The notes under the pieces were generated by a model. That model did not search any database. It was not told the origin of the DNA and saw only the letters and a list, made by a program, of their open reading frames with translations. Both the position numbers and the translations under genes were made by a program. A DNA stretch of 7,126 nt, from the IMG/VR virus record IMGVR_UViG_2706794670_000012; one strand, written 5' to 3'. Below, piece by piece: positions 6,245 to 7,126 of the stretch. This DNA is from a virus (Duplodnaviria > Heunggongvirae > Uroviricota > Caudoviricetes). Numbering within the stretch: position 1 is the first letter of the stretch; each line of letters begins with the position of its first letter.

Positions 6245-6721
6245 ATGATATTATTTGTTGGATTTTTGTTGATGGAAATAGTTATGCCTCAGATTAGCCG
6301 GACCGCACTGGTACCCTACAGCGCGGAGCAAATGTATCAGTTAGTGAATGACGTTCAGTCTTATCCTCAGTTTTTGCCGGGTTGTACCGGAAGTCGGATT
6401 CTGGAGTCCACTCCTGGGCAGATGACTGCGGCGGTAGATGTCTCTAAGGCTGGGATCAGCAAAACGTTTACTACCCGCAACCAGTTGACCAGTAACCAAA
6501 GTATTCTTATGAATCTGGTGGATGGGCCGTTCAAGAAATTGATTGGTGGATGGAAGTTTACGCCGCTGAGCCAGGAGGCGTGTCGTATCGAGTTTCATCT
6601 CGACTTTGAGTTTACCAATAAGTTGATTGAACTCGCCTTTGGTCGCGTGTTTAAAGAGCTGGCGTCTAATATGGTCCAGGCTTTTACGGTTCGTGCGAAA
6701 GAGGTTTACAGTGCTAGGTAA
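6245..6721 (+). CDS. ratA: Ribosome association toxin RatA (PasT/YfjG), SRPBCC-family protein
   Basis: 158-aa ORF ([60 protein letters not shown]...) matching E. coli RatA as I recall it, divergent from smpB as in E. coli. AGGA lies 4 nt upstream of ATG 6245. An internal ATG at 6284 (MPQISRT...) is an alternative start. Confidence 0.9.
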   Translation: MILFVGFLLMEIVMPQISRTALVPYSAEQMYQLVNDVQSYPQFLPGCTGSRILESTPGQMTAAVDVSKAGISKTFTTRNQLTSNQSILMNLVDGPFKKLIGGWKFTPLSQEACRIEFHLDFEFTNKLIELAFGRVFKELASNMVQAFTVRAKEVYSAR

Positions 6722-7001
6722 AATTGCCGTTGAGGTGGCTTATGCGCTACCTGAGAAGCAGTACCTGCAGCGCGTGACGCTGCAGGAGGGCGCGACGGTT
6801 GAAGAAGCTATTCGCGCCAGTGGCTTGCTGGAATTGCGTACCGATATCGATTTAACTAAAAACAAAGTCGGCATTTACAGCCGTCCGGCAAAACTAAGCG
6901 ATAGTGTGCATGATGGCGATCGGGTGGAGATTTATCGCCCTCTCATTGCCGATCCGAAAGAGCTTCGCAGGCAACGAGCAGAAAAATCAGCGAATAAATA
7001 A
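6711..7001 (+). CDS. ratB: UPF0125 protein RatB (YfjF)
   Basis: GTG 6711 is preceded by GAGG (6701-6704) and gives a 96-aa protein [48 protein letters not shown]...KSANK matching E. coli RatB as I recall it. It overlaps the ratA 3' end by 11 nt. The ORF track's longer version from ATG 6627 lies inside ratA in another frame and is unlikely. Confidence 0.85.
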   Translation: MLGKIAVEVAYALPEKQYLQRVTLQEGATVEEAIRASGLLELRTDIDLTKNKVGIYSRPAKLSDSVHDGDRVEIYRPLIADPKELRRQRAEKSANK

Positions 7002-7077
7002 CAGACAGAAAAAAGGTGCTCATTGAGCTAATGCCGATCAGTTAAGGATCAGTTGACCGATCCAGTGGCTGTGTAAG

Positions 7078-7112
7078 AATCCGGAAACGCTCACTTGTTT
7101 CCGGATTTTTTT
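7078..7112 (+). terminator. Rho-independent terminator downstream of ratB
   Basis: ATCCGGAAAC (7079-7088), 8-nt loop, GTTTCCGGAT (7097-7106), forming a perfect 10-bp stem, followed by T7 (7106-7112). Confidence 0.6.
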
Positions 7113-7126
7113 ATGCACATTGGACA

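Noticed and set aside
6711-6721. ratA-ratB 11-bp overlap as a novel feature
   Set aside because: This overlapping two-gene arrangement is the known conserved organisation of the locus in E. coli.

Overview
The window spans the junction between a phage-derived element (about 1-5053, all genes on the + strand) and conserved E. coli-type chromosome. The phage part is a late-gene tail module: a baseplate J-like gene (3' part), a DUF2313/Mu gp48-like tail gene, a short tail fiber with a P2 gpH/Mu S-type C-terminus, a Mu U-type tail-fiber assembly gene, then a second fiber gene with a lambda Stf-like N-terminus and a second putative chaperone ORF that is broken by a 259-N assembly gap (4420-4678). 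A bidirectional terminator and a perfect 16-bp palindrome follow, and the element abuts the 3' end of the tmRNA gene ssrA (5054-5416, minus strand), the classical integration hot spot. The chromosomal side carries smpB (minus), then ratA/pasT and ratB (plus) with an 11-bp overlap and a terminator. I did not find a defence system, toxin-antitoxin pair, CRISPR array, reverse transcriptase or other clearly novel system in this window. The observations worth a second look are: in-frame TAA codons inside two tail genes (the J-like and the U-type chaperone genes); two tandem fiber-chaperone modules of different lineage with no invertase; an unfamiliar C-terminal domain on the Stf-like fiber; a hix/gix-like half-site at the domain junction of the first fiber; and the palindrome next to the attachment junction. 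All homology statements are from reading the translations and from memory of the protein families; no database search was run.
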